A program made the translations under genes and the position numbers. Positions 27,186 through 36,651 of a stretch of 64,000 nucleotides of DNA are shown in pieces (positions within the stretch are counted from its first letter, which is position 1; every line of letters starts with the position of its first letter). The notes beneath the pieces are model-generated. The model was not told the DNA's origin. It ran no database searches and saw only the letters and a list, made by a program, of their open reading frames with translations. The DNA lies in NCBI GenBank assembly GCA_965215195.1, contig CBDCDC010000002.1, positions 352,001-416,000 of the forward strand. The letters are read 5' to 3'. The stretch comes from Candidatus Latescibacterota bacterium (GTDB taxonomy: Bacteria; Latescibacterota; UBA2968; UBA8231).

Positions 27186-28847
27186 ATGGTTTTCGTCCTT
27201 TTACTGCTCGTCGCTGCCAGCGCCCACGCCGATTCCTTCTTTGTGGATGCCACGCGGGAAGCCGGTCTGGACCATGCCACCGTCAACGGCGGAGCGGATA
27301 AGCGCTTCATCCTCGAATCCACCGGCAGCGGCGCGGCCTTTTTCGACTCCGACCGCGACGGCGATCTCGACCTCTACGTAGTAAACGGCTCGACCTACGC
27401 TCACTACGCGGCACGCTCGGGGCCGGGCAATGTGCTCTATCGCAACGAGGGCCGAGGCACTTTTGCGGCCGTGGTCGCCGGCGTTGAGGATCGCGGTTGG
27501 GGCATGGGGGTGGCTGTGGGGGATTACGACGGCGACGGCCACAGCGACCTCTATGTGACCAACTACGGTGCCAACGCGCTCTATCGCAATCGCGGCGATG
27601 GCGCCTTTGCCGCGGTCGCCGCACCGGCTGGGGTTGCTGGCGATGGCTTCAGCACGAGCGCGGCGTTTTTCGACTACGATGGCGACGGCGATCTCGACCT
27701 CTACGTGGCCAACTACGTGGTCTTCGACCTTGAGCCGGTGCTGCAAGACCCGGAGTTAGAAGATCCCTGCATCTACTTGGGCGGGCTGCGGGTCTTCTGT
27801 GGCCCGCAGGGCATGGCGGGCGGGCGGGACCGGCTCTACCGCAACGACGGCGGGATTTTTGCCGACGCCACGGCCGCGTCCGGCGCGGCCGCGGCCAATG
27901 CCTACTACGGCTTGGGCGTGGTGTCCGCAGACTTTGACCGCGACGGCGACCTCGACCTGTTCGTGGCCAACGACGAGACCCCCAATGTGCTGTTCCGCAA
28001 CGACGGTGGTCGCTTGGGCGACATGGGCTTGCAGGCCGGCGTGGCGTACAACGGCGACGGCGAGGCCGAGGCGAGCATGGGGGTGGATGCGGGCGATTGC
28101 GACGGCGACGGCGACCTAGATCTCTACGTGACCAACTTCTACGGCGAGACCAACACGCTCTATTTGAACTCGGGCCACGGGACCTTTATCGACGCCACGA
28201 GCGAGCGCGGCTTGGCGGCCCCGACCGTGGGCTATCTCGGCTGGGGTGCGCGCTTTTTCGACTTTGACTTCGACGGCGACTTGGACCTGTTCGTGGCCAA
28301 CGGCCACATCTATCCCCAAGTCGATCGCGCCAGCGCCGGGGGCACGTACGCCCAGCGCAACCAGCTTTTCGCCAACGAGGGATCGGGCGCGTTCTCGGCG
28401 GTGGAAGGGGCCGGCCCCGGGCTGCTGGTGCAAAAGTCGAGCCGCGCGGCCATCAGCGGCGACTACGACCAAGACGGCGATGTCGATTTGTTCACGACCA
28501 ATATCGACGACAGCCCGACGCTCTTGCGCAATGAGACGCGCAGTGGTCGCTATCTCGTGGTGCAAGTCGAACCGGAAGTGGTCGGCACTTGGGTGCGGCT
28601 GGTGGCGGGCGGGCGGACGCAGGTGCGGGCGGTCGGCGGGGCGGCGAGCTATTTGGGCCACAGCGACGCGCGCCTCCACTTTGGCTTGGGTCGCGCCGAG
28701 CGCGTCGAGCGCGTCGAGGTGTGGTGGCCGGACGGTGCAGTGACGCGGTTGGAGGATTTGCCGGTGGATGAACTACTGATCGTGTACAAGGAGGGGAGGG
28801 TTATGGTGAAAGTGTTGGATCGCGTCCCGGTACAGAAGCAGCCGTGA
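27186..28847 (+). CDS. CRTAC1/ASPIC-UnbV FG-GAP repeat protein
   Basis: Signal peptide, ESTGSGAAFFD, repeated DxDGDLDL, LHFGLG. Confidence 0.87.
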   Translation: MVFVLLLLVAASAHADSFFVDATREAGLDHATVNGGADKRFILESTGSGAAFFDSDRDGDLDLYVVNGSTYAHYAARSGPGNVLYRNEGRGTFAAVVAGVEDRGWGMGVAVGDYDGDGHSDLYVTNYGANALYRNRGDGAFAAVAAPAGVAGDGFSTSAAFFDYDGDGDLDLYVANYVVFDLEPVLQDPELEDPCIYLGGLRVFCGPQGMAGGRDRLYRNDGGIFADATAASGAAAANAYYGLGVVSADFDRDGDLDLFVANDETPNVLFRNDGGRLGDMGLQAGVAYNGDGEAEASMGVDAGDCDGDGDLDLYVTNFYGETNTLYLNSGHGTFIDATSERGLAAPTVGYLGWGARFFDFDFDGDLDLFVANGHIYPQVDRASAGGTYAQRNQLFANEGSGAFSAVEGAGPGLLVQKSSRAAISGDYDQDGDVDLFTTNIDDSPTLLRNETRSGRYLVVQVEPEVVGTWVRLVAGGRTQVRAVGGAASYLGHSDARLHFGLGRAERVERVEVWWPDGAVTRLEDLPVDELLIVYKEGRVMVKVLDRVPVQKQP

Positions 28848-28897
28848 CGACTTGGCCCTTTGCAGGGGTGAGATAAACGTCGTAGAAATTTAGGAAC

Positions 28898-30028
28898 ATG
28901 CGAAACCTGACCATAATCGGAAAACTCGCCAATGTGGATTGGGATTTTCCAAAGCGCGTCACCCACAGTGACATTGAGGGACTCCATCCCTATCCGGCGA
29001 AGTTCGTCGCCGAACTGCCGCGCACTTTGCTGAATATCCTCCCGATCCCCGCAGGAACAGCCGTCCTCGACCCTTTCTGCGGTAGCGGCACTACCCTAGT
29101 GGAAAGCCAGAGGCACGGTCTCGCCTCCGTGGGTATCGACGTGAATCCAATCGCCTGTCTGATGTCGCGAGTGAAGACAGAGTCCGTGCCACCCGATCTG
29201 GCAGAAACAGCGCGGGACGTTCTCGACCGTGCTCAAAGAGAACGGGACCCTGCGATTCCCGCGATCCCTAACCTCGACCACTGGTTTCGACGGCCAGTAC
29301 AGAAAGCACTAGCAGCGTTGACTAGTGCGCTAACTGCGGTACCCGCTGAGTACCAAGCTCCGCTCCGCCTCGCCCTGTCGAGCATCATCGTCCGCGTCTC
29401 CAACCAAGACAGCGACACCCGCTATGCTGCCGTGGAGAAACAGGTTGCCGCCGAAGATGTCTTCCGGGGGTTTGAGCAGGCGACGCGCCGCATTCTCAAT
29501 GTTTTGCAGAAGCGGCCCTATCCGCTCGTACCTGCCACGGTGCTGCAAGCCGATACGCTAGCCCTCGATCCGAAACAGATCCTAGGGCGCATCGGCTTGG
29601 TAATCACCTCGCCCCCCTATCCGAACGCGTACGAATACTGGCTGTACCACAAGTACCGCATGTGGTGGCTCGGCTTTGATCCCATAGCCGTAAAAACGCA
29701 AGAGATCGGTGCTCGCGCCCATTTCTTTAAGCGGAATCACCATACAGCCGAGGACTTCGCGCACCAGATGGCGCAGACTTTTGCCCTCCTTCAGGAGGTG
29801 CTCGTGTCGGATGGCTATGCGTGTTTCGTCGTCGGTCGCTCTCGCATCCACGGCCGCGTTGTGGACAACGCCCGCATCATTGAGGATACGGGTCGCGCCG
29901 CCGGATTCAAGCGCGTGTTTGCTGCTGAACGCGCACTTGCGCCTAACCGAAAGTCTTTCAATCTCTCACACGCCAACATCAAGACCGAGACGGTCCTGCT
30001 GTTGAGACGGGCAACATCATGCGCCTAA
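28898..30028 (+). CDS. DNA methyltransferase 1 (probable N4-cytosine) of a type IIS R-M system
   Basis: HPYPAKF, DPFCGSGTT and TSPPY motifs. Confidence 0.88.
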   Translation: MRNLTIIGKLANVDWDFPKRVTHSDIEGLHPYPAKFVAELPRTLLNILPIPAGTAVLDPFCGSGTTLVESQRHGLASVGIDVNPIACLMSRVKTESVPPDLAETARDVLDRAQRERDPAIPAIPNLDHWFRRPVQKALAALTSALTAVPAEYQAPLRLALSSIIVRVSNQDSDTRYAAVEKQVAAEDVFRGFEQATRRILNVLQKRPYPLVPATVLQADTLALDPKQILGRIGLVITSPPYPNAYEYWLYHKYRMWWLGFDPIAVKTQEIGARAHFFKRNHHTAEDFAHQMAQTFALLQEVLVSDGYACFVVGRSRIHGRVVDNARIIEDTGRAAGFKRVFAAERALAPNRKSFNLSHANIKTETVLLLRRATSCA

Positions 30029-31524
30029 TCTGGCACGGCTATCACTACTATCCTTATGAGCGGGACCTCGCCCTCCGCGAAGTAGCTGTCCTGTTCGGGA
30101 ATCCGGCCTTTCGCCTAACCTCGGACGGGGTGGAATGGGCCGGGCAACCAGACAGCGAAAGCATTCCCTTCGGCAGGCTCAGGGCCTCACGTCTCACGTA
30201 CTTCGCAAGAGCCATCAGTGGCCCTCATTCGTACTCAACGCTGCAAGGTCGTCTCGAAGACAGCGGGCGTTTGGGCCGGAACCGGCAGGCCACTCGCTAC
30301 TCGGTCCACGGGCTACACGAGTACAAGGGAAAATTCAACCCGCAAGTGGCAAAGGCACTGCTCAATATCTTCGCCATCGAGCCCGGCCAGCACGTCCTCG
30401 ATCCCTTCTGCGGCAGTGGTACCACGCTCGTCGAATGCGCCCATCTCGGAGTGACAGGCTGGGGCATTGACCTGAACCCGCTAGCCATATTCTTGGCTAA
30501 CGCAAAACTACGGGCCCTGGGCACATCGGTGGAAGAACTGCGCGACATGCACGCCCAGCTAGCGACCAGCCTAAGGCAGGCCGGGCGGCAGACAATCCAA
30601 GTCGGCGACGATCTTAGGGGACAGTACCTCCGCTCGTGGTTTGACCCGGATACCCTCCAGATCGTCGAGTTCGTCGGCGCAGAGATCCGGAAGATCGCAG
30701 GAGAAGTCGCGCCAGTCTTCCTAGTGCTTGCCAGCGATCTACTGCGCGAATACTCACTTCAGGATCCCCGGGACCTGCGTTGCCGCCGTCGCAAGTCGCC
30801 GTTGCCCGATACCCCTTTTAGCGATGCCTTTCTGGCGAACTGTACGCGAGCCATTGAGCGCATCGAAGCGGCGCAGACCGTGCTCGGAACCGATATGCCA
30901 CTGGGCCGAGCCATTCATCGGGACGTGACGACGCTCGCGCTGGCCGATCTGCCGGCTCCCTGCCACGCGGCGATTACTAGCCCGCCCTATGCGATGGCAC
31001 TGCCCTACATCGACACTCAGCGCCTGTCCCTCGTCTGGCTGGATCTCCTGACGCCGGACCGCGTCCGCGACCTTGAAGCCGATCTAATCGGCAGTCGCGA
31101 AATGCGCGGCCCTACTCGCAACAAAATGCTCGCTGCCATGCAGGACAACGAAGCCGGGCTGCCGGAGACCGAAGCCGCTCTCTGCTGCCAGTTACAGGCA
31201 GCTCTCGGTGCGGAGGACGGATTTCGCCGGCGGGCCGTTCCCATTTTACTTTATCGGTACTTTGCGCTGATGCAGCGGAGCTTCCGGGCCGTGCGCGGTG
31301 TCATGCGCCAGAAGGCCCCTTGCGGGCTCATCGTTGGGCGCAACCACACCACGCTCGGTGGCATCCGTCAAGACATCGACACTCCAACCCATCTCGCGGC
31401 CCTCGCTACGAGTGTCGGCTGGAGTATAGACGAGATGATCCCTCTCCAGACTTACCGCCGCTACGGCTACCACATGAGTAACGCCGTCAAGGCCGAAACT
31501 CTCGTCCTGCTCCGCAACCTATGA
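30019..31524 (+). CDS. DNA methyltransferase 2 (probable N4-cytosine) of a type IIS R-M system
   Basis: HEYKGKFNPQ, DPFCGSGTT and TSPPY motifs; overlaps MTase 1 and the nuclease. Confidence 0.88.
   Translation: MRLIWHGYHYYPYERDLALREVAVLFGNPAFRLTSDGVEWAGQPDSESIPFGRLRASRLTYFARAISGPHSYSTLQGRLEDSGRLGRNRQATRYSVHGLHEYKGKFNPQVAKALLNIFAIEPGQHVLDPFCGSGTTLVECAHLGVTGWGIDLNPLAIFLANAKLRALGTSVEELRDMHAQLATSLRQAGRQTIQVGDDLRGQYLRSWFDPDTLQIVEFVGAEIRKIAGEVAPVFLVLASDLLREYSLQDPRDLRCRRRKSPLPDTPFSDAFLANCTRAIERIEAAQTVLGTDMPLGRAIHRDVTTLALADLPAPCHAAITSPPYAMALPYIDTQRLSLVWLDLLTPDRVRDLEADLIGSREMRGPTRNKMLAAMQDNEAGLPETEAALCCQLQAALGAEDGFRRRAVPILLYRYFALMQRSFRAVRGVMRQKAPCGLIVGRNHTTLGGIRQDIDTPTHLAALATSVGWSIDEMIPLQTYRRYGYHMSNAVKAETLVLLRNL
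30166..30185 (+). repeat. REP-like mini hairpin within the MTase 2 coding sequence
   Basis: cccttcggcaggctcagggc resembles the widespread CCCTTCGACAGGCTCAGGGC repeat and reads PFGRLRA in frame. Confidence 0.45.
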
Positions 31525-32603
31525 ACGAACTGACCGTTCATCCCAACGTGTACGCGACTGGACGCAGCAAGGGGCTAATTTCCCTGCTCGAACGCATCTG
31601 GATGCGCGAGCGCGAAATGGGCGACGGAACGCTCTACATCGTTTCCGGCTTTGCCAATTACAATGGCGGCGTCCGCTTCTTTCCCGTATTTCGCCGCCAC
31701 ATTGAGCAAGGTGGCCGAGTAGTGGCGATTTTCGGTGGTAGCACTCAGCAGAAGCTGACCAGCCAGCAGGTCGTGCGGGAACTGCTCAACTGTGGAGCCG
31801 AGATACACCTTGTCAACCGCAAGCGCCTCATGCACGTCAAGAGCTACGGATCGAAGACCTGCAACGGAGAGATGCTCGTCGTCACCAGCGGCAACTTCAC
31901 TGGACCGGGCATGTCTCAAAATGTCGAAATGGCCATCTTGCTCGATCGCGTGACAACCCGCAGTTTGCGCTTCTCTTGGGACGACATGCTCAATGCGATG
32001 TTCGCACAACGCTGGGATTTCTACCAGCCCGCCCTTTCTGAAGATGCGACGGCCCCCGCTTGGCAGCTACTATACGACGAGCAATCATCCCAGATCGTTC
32101 TCGACGAAACCCATGAGGTCACGCTGATCCTGCGCTTGGGACATGCCGACACCGTGCGGATCAATGCGAAGCCCGGAACTACTCAGGCACAGGGAACTCA
32201 GTATTTCTGGCTCAGCCGGGATTGCTACGACTTCTTTCCCCCTCTCACCATCCCGAATCGGCTCGGACACAAGAAAACGTACTCCTGCCGAATCGAGATG
32301 GATTTCGTCGATCTTGGGCACAAAGAGGAAGTTCGAGTGACGTTTGAAGCCGAGAACAACCTCGACTTTCGTCTGGGCACCGGGCCGCTGCGCTATTCTG
32401 GTCTGGTGCGAGTAGGGGATCTTGCCGCGATCTCCCGCGTAGGAGAAACCCGTTACGAGCTACGCCTCTATAGACAGGAGACCGCGGCTCATCAAGCCCT
32501 TGCTCCTTACGCGATCAACTTCATAGGAAATCGAGGCAAGCAGTACGGATTCATATCCAATCAGGAGTTCCAGAGGACAATCAAGTCTTGCGGTGGTCGT
32601 TGA
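31521..32603 (+). CDS. bfiIR: BfiI-like PLD-superfamily type IIS restriction endonuclease
   Basis: HPNVYATGR.KGLI, SGFANYNGGVRF, HxK (MHVKSYG), SGNFTGPGMSQN, GTQYFWLS and FEAENNLDFRLGTG closely follow my recollection of the BfiI sequence; 360 aa. Confidence 0.85.
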   Translation: MNELTVHPNVYATGRSKGLISLLERIWMREREMGDGTLYIVSGFANYNGGVRFFPVFRRHIEQGGRVVAIFGGSTQQKLTSQQVVRELLNCGAEIHLVNRKRLMHVKSYGSKTCNGEMLVVTSGNFTGPGMSQNVEMAILLDRVTTRSLRFSWDDMLNAMFAQRWDFYQPALSEDATAPAWQLLYDEQSSQIVLDETHEVTLILRLGHADTVRINAKPGTTQAQGTQYFWLSRDCYDFFPPLTIPNRLGHKKTYSCRIEMDFVDLGHKEEVRVTFEAENNLDFRLGTGPLRYSGLVRVGDLAAISRVGETRYELRLYRQETAAHQALAPYAINFIGNRGKQYGFISNQEFQRTIKSCGGR

Positions 32604-32676
32604 CTAAACTCATAACTGCATCCCTTTCGCTGCCTGAGAGCTATTTTTTAATGACCGCCCAACCTTCCGCGGGCGA

Positions 32677-32705
32677 TTGACGCGGCGATTTTTATTTCCT
32701 AGCTT
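32677..32705 (+). promoter_or_regulatory. Putative sigma70 promoter of the ABC operon
   Basis: TTGACG-17 bp-TAGCTT upstream of the permease start. Confidence 0.4.
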
Positions 32706-32731
32706 TAACGCTTCTCCAAATTCACCTGTAC

Positions 32732-33748
32732 ATGCTCATGTCTTGGAATTTTGTCGTCAAAAGGGTCGCCCTTTTTCTGATCGTAGTGTGGGCCGCCGCG
32801 AGCGTGAACTTCTTTGTGCCGCGGCTGGGTACGGGCCGCGATCCCATCCGCGAGAAGCTCGGCCAGCTAGCGGCCAGCGGGGGATTGCGCCAAGACGGCA
32901 TTGAGGCCATGGTAAGGGCCTATCAGGCCAAGTTCGGCCTCGACAAGCCGCTCCACGTCCAATACTTCAACTTTCTCAGCGACACCTTTACGCTCGACTT
33001 GGGCTATTCGCTGGCCAACTATCCGGCCCGCGTCGGGCAGATCATCGGCAATGCCATTCCCTGGACCATTGGGCTGATGATCATTTCAGTGCTGCTCGGG
33101 TTTGCCTTGGGCACGCTCATGGGGGCGCTGTCGGCTTGGCCGACGGCACCGCGCCTTACGCGCAACCTAGCAGTGCCCATGATGACCCTGTCGGCGATTC
33201 CCCCCTATCTGCTGGGGCTGATCGTGCTCTACATATTGGGCCTCAAGCTGAACCTCTTTCCGCTTTCGGGTGGGTACTCGCCCGGCATGTTGGCGATCTT
33301 CAACCTCTCCTTTGCCCTCGACGTGTTGCACCACTCAATTCTGCCGGCGCTGGCCATTGTCTTGCAGCAGGTCGGCTTCTGGGCACTGGGGATGCGGGGG
33401 ATGATGGTCACGACCTCGGGCGAGGACTACATCACCCTCGCCGAGGCCAATGGCCTGCGCAACCGCACGATCTTCTTCCGCTTCGGCCTGCGCAATGCCC
33501 TGCTGCCGCAGCTAACGGCGCTGGGGCTGTCGCTGGCCAACGTGGTCGCCGGCCAAGTCATCGTCGAGGTGATCTTCGCCTATCCAGGGATCGGCACAGT
33601 GCTTTTTCAGGCCATCCAAGCCTCGGACTATACGGTCATCAACGGCGTGGTCCTGATTCTCATCCTATCCATCGGCTTGGTGACCCTGCTGATGGACTTC
33701 TTCTATCCGCTGCTCGACCCGCGGATTTCCCACAGCCGCCACCACTAG
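32732..33748 (+). CDS. Peptide/nickel ABC transporter permease (DppB/OppB-like)
   Basis: FGLDKPL, EDYITLAEANGL, RNALLP and VEVIFAYPGIG motifs. Confidence 0.9.
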   Translation: MLMSWNFVVKRVALFLIVVWAAASVNFFVPRLGTGRDPIREKLGQLAASGGLRQDGIEAMVRAYQAKFGLDKPLHVQYFNFLSDTFTLDLGYSLANYPARVGQIIGNAIPWTIGLMIISVLLGFALGTLMGALSAWPTAPRLTRNLAVPMMTLSAIPPYLLGLIVLYILGLKLNLFPLSGGYSPGMLAIFNLSFALDVLHHSILPALAIVLQQVGFWALGMRGMMVTTSGEDYITLAEANGLRNRTIFFRFGLRNALLPQLTALGLSLANVVAGQVIVEVIFAYPGIGTVLFQAIQASDYTVINGVVLILILSIGLVTLLMDFFYPLLDPRISHSRHH

Positions 33749-33750
33749 CC

Positions 33751-34608
33751 ATGCACCGCTTCGACCAAATTCTCTACTACTTGCGCGAAAGCCCGATGCT
33801 TGCGGCCGGCCTGTGCATGATCCTGTTGGTGGTGCTCTTCGGGGTCTTGGGGCCGCTCTTCGTCGATACCTCGCAGGCCCAGCCGCTGGCCACGCCGCCG
33901 CGGCAAGCGCCCTCGCTGGACCACCCCTTTGGCACTGACGACTCCGGCCGCGACCTCCTCGCGGTGATGGTGGTGGGGGTGCCGCTGACCATGCGGATTG
34001 GCCTGTTGGCCGGCACGGTGGGGTTGGGGCTGGGCATTTTCCTCGGCTTTACGAGCGGCTATATGGGCGGCAAAATAGACGCGGTCATCCGCGGGCTCGT
34101 GGATACGCTGCTGACCGTGCCCGGGCTCGTGGTGCTGGTCTCCATTGCCTCGACGATCCGCGAGGAAATCAGCGTCAACATCATGGCCTTGGTGGTGGCT
34201 TCGCTGGCGTGGATGTGGCCCACGCGCACGATTCGCTCGCAGGTCTTGACCATGCGCGAGCGGGCCTACGTGCAGATGGCCCAGCTCAACGGCATGAGCA
34301 ATGCCGAGATCATCTGGAAGGAACTTTTTCCCAATCTGCTGCCCTATCTCGCGGCCAATTTCACCAATGCTGTCAACTGGGCCATTCTCTCGTCGATCGG
34401 CTTGGAGGCCCTTGGCTTGGGGCCGCAGAACGATCCAACGGTCGGCATGACCATTTACTGGGCCATCACGTTCAGTGCGCTCATTCGCGGCATGTGGTGG
34501 TGGTGGGCCATTCCCATTCTCTTTATCGGCGTGATCTTCGTCGGCTTGTTGATGACGGCGGCCGGCTTAGACGAGCTGGCCAACCCCAAACAGCGCAAGG
34601 CCGTATGA
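33751..34608 (+). CDS. Peptide/nickel ABC transporter permease (DppC/OppC-like)
   Basis: HPFGTDDSGRDLL; RERAYVQMAQLNG EAA loop. Confidence 0.9.
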   Translation: MHRFDQILYYLRESPMLAAGLCMILLVVLFGVLGPLFVDTSQAQPLATPPRQAPSLDHPFGTDDSGRDLLAVMVVGVPLTMRIGLLAGTVGLGLGIFLGFTSGYMGGKIDAVIRGLVDTLLTVPGLVVLVSIASTIREEISVNIMALVVASLAWMWPTRTIRSQVLTMRERAYVQMAQLNGMSNAEIIWKELFPNLLPYLAANFTNAVNWAILSSIGLEALGLGPQNDPTVGMTIYWAITFSALIRGMWWWWAIPILFIGVIFVGLLMTAAGLDELANPKQRKAV

Positions 34609-35612
34609 GCAGGGCCGACAAAGAGGTCCTGCTGGCCATTCGCGGCTTGGAGGTCCACTTCGAGACCCGGCGCGGCATTGCCCGCGCCGTCAACGAGGTT
34701 GATCTGACTCTGTACAAAGGCGAGCGTTTTGGCCTCGTCGGCGAATCCGGCAGCGGCAAGACCACGTTGATTTTGGCGCTGTTGCGGATGATCAAGACGC
34801 CGGGCCTCATCGCCGCTGGCAGCGCGACCTTAGACGACGGCACCGACTTGATCCAACTCAACCGCGAGCAGGTGCGGCAGGCCCGGCTCAAGCGGGTCGC
34901 GATGGTGCCGCAGGGCGCGATGAACTCGCTCAACCCGGTGATGCGGATCGGGGATCAACTGATGCTGACGATGCGCGAGCACGCAGTTGAGCAAGCCCCG
35001 CCGCCCAAGGCCGCGCAGGTGGAGCGCGCCATTGAGCTGTTGGCCAAGGTCGGGCTAAAGCCGGAAGTGGCCCGTCTCTACCCCCACGAATTGAGCGGCG
35101 GCATGAAGCAGCGGGCCTGCATTGCCCAGGCCATTTCGCTCAACCCGCAGCTTATCTTGGCCGACGAGCCGACCTCTGCCCTCGACGTGGTCGTGCAGCG
35201 GCAAATCATGCAGACCTTGCGCCAGCTACAGCACCAGCTCAATGCCACCGTGCTCTTGGTGGGCCACGACATGGGCCTGATGGCGCAGTTCGCCGAGCGC
35301 GTGGGCATCATGTACGGCGGCAAATTGGTCGAGGTGGGCCGGGTCGAGGAGATTTTTCACAACCCGCAACACCCCTATACCCAGCTCTTGATTGCCAGCA
35401 TTCCCTCGTTTGAGACCAAGGGCGAGTTCAAGGGCATTCCCGGGGTCGCGCTGTCGCTGCTGGACCCGCCATCGGGCTGCCTCTTCCACCCGCGCTGCCC
35501 CCAAGCCATGCCCCAGTGCAGCCAACGCGCACCCGTCCTGCAAACGGTCGCCCCGGACCACTTAGCGTCGTGTTTGTTGCACGAGGAGGACGCCGATGCC
35601 CCCGCTTCTTGA
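34605..35612 (+). CDS. ABC transporter ATP-binding subunit (DppD-like)
   Basis: GESGSGKT, LSGGMKQR, ADEPTSALD, C-terminal GCLFHPRC. Confidence 0.92.
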   Translation: MSRADKEVLLAIRGLEVHFETRRGIARAVNEVDLTLYKGERFGLVGESGSGKTTLILALLRMIKTPGLIAAGSATLDDGTDLIQLNREQVRQARLKRVAMVPQGAMNSLNPVMRIGDQLMLTMREHAVEQAPPPKAAQVERAIELLAKVGLKPEVARLYPHELSGGMKQRACIAQAISLNPQLILADEPTSALDVVVQRQIMQTLRQLQHQLNATVLLVGHDMGLMAQFAERVGIMYGGKLVEVGRVEEIFHNPQHPYTQLLIASIPSFETKGEFKGIPGVALSLLDPPSGCLFHPRCPQAMPQCSQRAPVLQTVAPDHLASCLLHEEDADAPAS

Positions 35613-36651
35613 GGCGCGCCATCTGCGCAAGGTTTTCCGCAGCGGCGGCCAGCGCTTCGGCCCCAGTACCGAGACTGTAGCTGTTGACGATTTTTCCCTG
35701 TCGATTGACGCTGACCGGCCCTCCTTTACCACGATTGCCGGCGAGTCCGGCAGCGGCAAGACCACAATCGCCCGCATGTTGCTCGGGGTGCTCGCCCCCA
35801 GCGCCGGCGAGGTGCTCTACCAAGGCCGCGATGTACACCACCTGCAAAAGGAGGAGCGGCGGCAATTTCGCAAGGACGTACAGGCTATTTTTCAAGACCC
35901 CTTTGAGGTGTACAATCCCTTCTACAAGATCGATCACATCCTGACGACGCCGGTGCGGAAGTTCGGGTTGGCCGCGTCCAAGGCCGATGCGTACGACAAG
36001 ATCCGCGAGGCCCTGCGCGCGGTTGGGCTGCGGCCCGAGGAAACGTTGGGTCGCTATCCGCACCAGCTTTCGGGCGGGCAGCGCCAGCGCATCACCATTG
36101 CGCGTGCGCTCTTGCTCAAGCCCAAGTTGATCATCGCCGACGAGCCAGTGTCCATGGTCGATGCCTCGCTACGCGCTACCATTCTCTCCACTCTGCACGC
36201 GCTGTATCGCAACTTTGGCATTTCCTTCATCTACATCACTCACGACCTGACGACCGCGTACCAAGTCAGCGAGAACATCGTCATCCTGTTCCACGGGGCC
36301 GTAGCCGAGGCTGGCCACACCGAGAAGGTGATCAAGGACCCGCAGCATCCCTATACGCGCGAGCTAATTCACTCAATTCCCGTGCCCGAGCCGGGGCGCG
36401 AGTGGATCGACGAAGCGGTGGAAGAAAAGGAAGTAGTTGATATAGAGGATATAGAGGCCGAAGAGATGGCTACTGGCTGCCGCTACGTGCTGCGCTGTCC
36501 TCAAGCCATGGCCCAGTGTGCGGCCGCGCCGCCGTTTTATCGACCAGAAGCCGAGCGGGCAGTGGCTTGTTTTCTGCACGCTGAGTCGCCGGTGTTGGAA
36601 AGCGGCGATCTAAACGAAGTGTTCTCGGCTGCGGCCGACGCGCAGAAATGA
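35596..36651 (+). CDS. ABC transporter ATP-binding subunit (DppF-like)
   Basis: GESGSGKT, LSGGQRQR and ADEPVSMVD motifs. Confidence 0.92.
   Translation: MPPLLEARHLRKVFRSGGQRFGPSTETVAVDDFSLSIDADRPSFTTIAGESGSGKTTIARMLLGVLAPSAGEVLYQGRDVHHLQKEERRQFRKDVQAIFQDPFEVYNPFYKIDHILTTPVRKFGLAASKADAYDKIREALRAVGLRPEETLGRYPHQLSGGQRQRITIARALLLKPKLIIADEPVSMVDASLRATILSTLHALYRNFGISFIYITHDLTTAYQVSENIVILFHGAVAEAGHTEKVIKDPQHPYTRELIHSIPVPEPGREWIDEAVEEKEVVDIEDIEAEEMATGCRYVLRCPQAMAQCAAAPPFYRPEAERAVACFLHAESPVLESGDLNEVFSAAADAQK

Noticed and set aside
28848-32700. Flanking duplication around the BfiI-like R-M system
   Set aside because: No direct repeat was found at its borders, so it is not counted in the gene-end duplication pattern.
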